Source: an uncultured Methanoregulaceae archaeon (lineage in GTDB: Archaea; Halobacteriota; Methanomicrobia; Methanomicrobiales; Methanospirillaceae). From it: a stretch of 64,000 nt of DNA. A model generated the notes under the pieces. The model saw only the letters and a program-made list of their open reading frames with translations, was not told where the DNA came from and made no database searches. Positions 61,184 through 64,000 of this stretch are shown here, in pieces. Numbering within the stretch: position 1 is the first letter of the stretch; every line of letters starts with the position of its first letter. A program made the position numbers and the translations under genes. The stretch is taken from positions 2,176,001 through 2,240,000 of the forward strand of contig CAVTTL010000001.1 in the NCBI GenBank assembly GCA_963737635.1, read 5' to 3'.

Positions 61184-62000
61184 GTGCCGGTATATGGCGT
61201 AGAGGGTCCAGCGCAAGGATCGCCGCTCATAGAATTTGAAAACGTCACTATTGTCCGAGGTGGCTGCCGGGTGCTTGACGCTGTTACACTCTCCCTTCAC
61301 GAGGGAGAGAACGTCGCCATACTCGGACCAAACGGCGCGGGAAAATCCTCGCTTGTTAAGGCAATCACCCGGGAATATTACCCAGTGCTCTCAGAGGGAC
61401 CAGTGACCTTCCGGTTCCGGGGAAATGATGTCTGGGACGTCTTTGACCTGAGGTCGTTTATCGGCATTGTTTCAAACGATCTCCAGTACGCTTTCACGCG
61501 TACCATCACCGGCCATGAAGCAATACTATCCGGTTTTTTCTCAAGCGTCGGCCTTTTTAACCGGGAGATCACCCCGGCCATGGAAGAAAAAACTGAAGAG
61601 ATCGAACGACTTCTTGGGATCGAACAGCTCAGCTGCCCGGCCTATGACGGCCCTGTCGTCCGGTGAGGCCCGGCGGTTTCTGATAGGAAGGGCGCTTGTC
61701 TCCGGCCCGGCTACGCTCCTTCTTGATGAACCGACCAGCAGCCTGGACCTTTCCGCCCTGCACACCTTCCGCAGAACTCTGCGGGCGATCGCACAGGCAG
61801 GGACCGGTATCGTTCTGGTAACGCACAATCTTCACGATATCGTCCCGGAGATTACACGGGTCGTGTTGATGAGAGAAGGCAGGATCTTTTGCGACGGAGA
61901 GAAAAACGCTATGCTGACCAACGAGAAGATCGGCCAGCTCTTCTCAGTCCCTGTTTGTGTACGCAAAGAGAATGGCTGGTATTACGCGACCGGGTACTAA
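61184..62000 (+). CDS. ModF-like ABC ATPase (frameshift near 61630)
   Basis: GPNGAGKSS; second frame LSSGE..IGRALV..LLDEPT..VTH. Confidence 0.85.
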
Positions 62001-62113
62001 CGTCAACTGCACTAAATTGTAGCCCCTGATCTTCACTCTCGTTTCAGCACTGGAGAATGTTGAGTTCGCCGGATATTTTTTAGTGCTTTAAGAAAACAAA
62101 AAAGATGTTGTTG

Positions 62114-62689
62114 TCACGGGGCCGGTGCATCCGGGACCACTTTTTTAGCGCTAAATGAAGTCACAATAGCGGCGATGCCGATAACGATAGCGAAAATTCC
62201 GGCGACAAATGGCACAAGTACGGCCGAGATCAGCGGGAAGATGAGCAGCAGGATCCCAAAGATGAGGCTGATGATCCCAAGGATACCGTTTCCCGCATCC
62301 TTTGAAGTGAATGCCTGGTACAGGTGAGCTGCCCCAATAAAGCACGCCCATATACCGATAAGGATGATGAGGAATGTCACAACGAAGAATGCACTGTAGA
62401 TGGGGTAGGCAAGGATGAGGATACCGGCGATCAGGTTGATGACCCCAAGGAAGATCTTCCATCCCATGTTGTTCCGGTCAACAGCAAGGCTCGCCAGGGA
62501 GAAGATACCCCCGACAAACCAGTAGGCACCAAGGAAAGTAACAAAGACAAGCGTCGTTATACCCGGCGACGTAAGGAACATGATCCCGATAATCAGGGAG
62601 AGAATCCCCCACAGGAGGAGGATCCACCAGGGATGGAGACCAGAAGAACAACACCAGCATGTTTGCGGAGAAGCAGTTGTTTCAGCCAT
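62114..62689 (-). CDS. HdeD/DUF308-family membrane protein
   Basis: WW.LLL.GI.S.I.G repeats; about 6 TM helices. Confidence 0.85.
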   Translation of the reverse strand: MAETTASPQTCWCCSSGLHPWWILLLWGILSLIIGIMFLTSPGITTLVFVTFLGAYWFVGGIFSLASLAVDRNNMGWKIFLGVINLIAGILILAYPIYSAFFVVTFLIILIGIWACFIGAAHLYQAFTSKDAGNGILGIISLIFGILLLIFPLISAVLVPFVAGIFAIVIGIAAIVTSFSAKKVVPDAPAP

Positions 62690-62845
62690 TCTTTATACCT
62701 CTGAATTTATAGGTGAATTCTGCCATAGCGGTATTTGAAGATTGCTTTTTAAGATTCGGGACACATACTGATAGATCACACCGAAGTTACTTTGGTTGGT
62801 CTTTCCTGAGCCATCCTACAACTCCGGTTGCATCGCTCTACAGGC

Positions 62846-63799
62846 TTATTCTACCTCTCGTATACCGAGAACCGCCCGGATCTGTTGCTGTGTTTCTTTG
62901 GGGGTCCCGGTTGTATTGAGCAGGTAGCAGTCCGTCCGGTTAACAATATCGGCGATATAACAATTCCGGAGCGCTGTCTTGCGGGCGTCTCTGACAAGAA
63001 GGTGGGGATTGAAGTAACCATTCGCCGTAAAGAGCGCAACCGCATCGGCTTTTTCCAGCTGACACAGGATCCGCGAGTCGGCGGGATCCCGGTGCAGGAT
63101 GATGAGCGTCGTCAGTGTAGTGAGGGGCAGCAGCCGGCCCTTCCCTACCACCCACCGGACGTCGGCTACTGCCCTCCCATCAGCATCATATTCATTTGCT
63201 GCAACAAGACCGTCAAACTCTTTCCAAATAGCCGAGAGGTCTTGGCGGATGTAGAAATTCCGCTCCGAGCCGTAGGCAAGGATCTCCGGACCGAAGATCC
63301 GGGTAAAAAACCAGTCATCTGATATGATCCGGGCATGTGGACTACGGAGGAGACCGTACGTCTGTGTTGTCTTTCCCGCACCGGATACCCCGACCATACC
63401 CAGACCCTTACCTCCGATATCCACGCAGGCGCCGTGGATCGAGCTGATCCCGTGCTCGTCCTCAAGAATATCACCGCACAAGCCAAGCGCAATCGACTTG
63501 ATCCAACCGTAATAGAGAAAATTGTGGAGGAATGCAGTCTTGGAATACGGATCGAACAGCACGGAATTTTCACCTGCAGATGGGTCAGAAAAGACATAGA
63601 GACGACCGTGCGACCGGATGTTCTGGGACATAGGAGAGAAATTCTCCTGCCAGGTCTCAAGCAGCGTCCGGTTGTCGGAGATCAGCTTGATGCAACAGCC
63701 GAAGATCTCAGATTTGATCTCGTATTTGGCCCGGGGCGCACAGCGCTGTTCGAGCTGTTCTTTTTCTTCCGGGGAAATCAGGGTGATGGTATAGGTCAT
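62846..63799 (-). CDS. HPr-kinase-like P-loop protein
   Basis: IHGACV..G.G..GVSGAGKTT ... IISDDW. Confidence 0.75.
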   Translation of the reverse strand: MTYTITLISPEEKEQLEQRCAPRAKYEIKSEIFGCCIKLISDNRTLLETWQENFSPMSQNIRSHGRLYVFSDPSAGENSVLFDPYSKTAFLHNFLYYGWIKSIALGLCGDILEDEHGISSIHGACVDIGGKGLGMVGVSGAGKTTQTYGLLRSPHARIISDDWFFTRIFGPEILAYGSERNFYIRQDLSAIWKEFDGLVAANEYDADGRAVADVRWVVGKGRLLPLTTLTTLIILHRDPADSRILCQLEKADAVALFTANGYFNPHLLVRDARKTALRNCYIADIVNRTDCYLLNTTGTPKETQQQIRAVLGIREVE

Positions 63800-63940
63800 A
63801 GGACGGCCTCGCGAATATCGATCTGTATTTTGATATTCAGGTGTACCGGAATAGGACATTTTCGGTTGGCACAAAACCCGGATCGATCAGAGTGCTAAAA
63901 AGAGGGGAATCCATTCACGGCATCAGTGCTTAAAAAAAGG

Positions 63941-64000
63941 TTACTGGGTAACCGTCACCATCCCTCTCATGAAGGGATGAATGTTGCAGATATACGGATA
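63941..64000 (-). CDS. C-terminus of a cupredoxin (plastocyanin/azurin-like) protein, truncated by right edge
   Basis: Manual translation YPYICNIHPFMRGMVTVTQ* carries the type-1 copper C-x2-H-x2-M motif. Confidence 0.75.
   Translation of the reverse strand, partial: YPYICNIHPFMRGMVTVTQ

Noticed and set aside
16145-62000. Programmed frameshifting or mass pseudogenisation
   Set aside because: No slippery heptamers or stimulatory structures were seen, both halves of each gene are well conserved, and the contexts fit sequencing error
1-64000. CRISPR array, IS element, integrase, rRNA
   Set aside because: No regularly spaced repeats and no transposase, recombinase or rRNA signatures were seen

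Overview
This is a 64-kb chromosomal segment of a methanogenic archaeon, most consistent with Methanomicrobiales (Methanoregula-like). The assignment rests on pscN-pscS, FmdE, HypD, a DUF2150-like gene, a FlaD/E-like gene, PEGA and other surface proteins, and REC-PAS-HATPase sensors. It holds about 60 CDSs and two intact tRNAs (Thr-GGT, Arg-CCG); I see no CRISPR array, rRNA, transposase or integrase. About 11 single-base frameshifts occur in ordinary genes, and 6 of them sit at GTAC or AGCT, which suggests long-read errors at methylated motifs. Most notable: (1) three orphaned copies of the END of a conserved gene (pscS 3' end, tRNA-Thr 5' part, tRNA-Arg 5' end), two of which bracket accessory cargo (a PEGA gene; an AT-rich trypsin-like protease gene), with a HEPN-like gene on the other side of tRNA-Arg, suggesting integrase-less gene capture at anchor-gene termini; (2) two tandem candidate sRNAs with a shared promoter palindrome and terminator; (3) a riboswitch-like leader upstream of an ECF S-component; (4) an archaeal pentameric ligand-gated ion channel. 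All family calls come from recognising motifs by eye, not from database searches.
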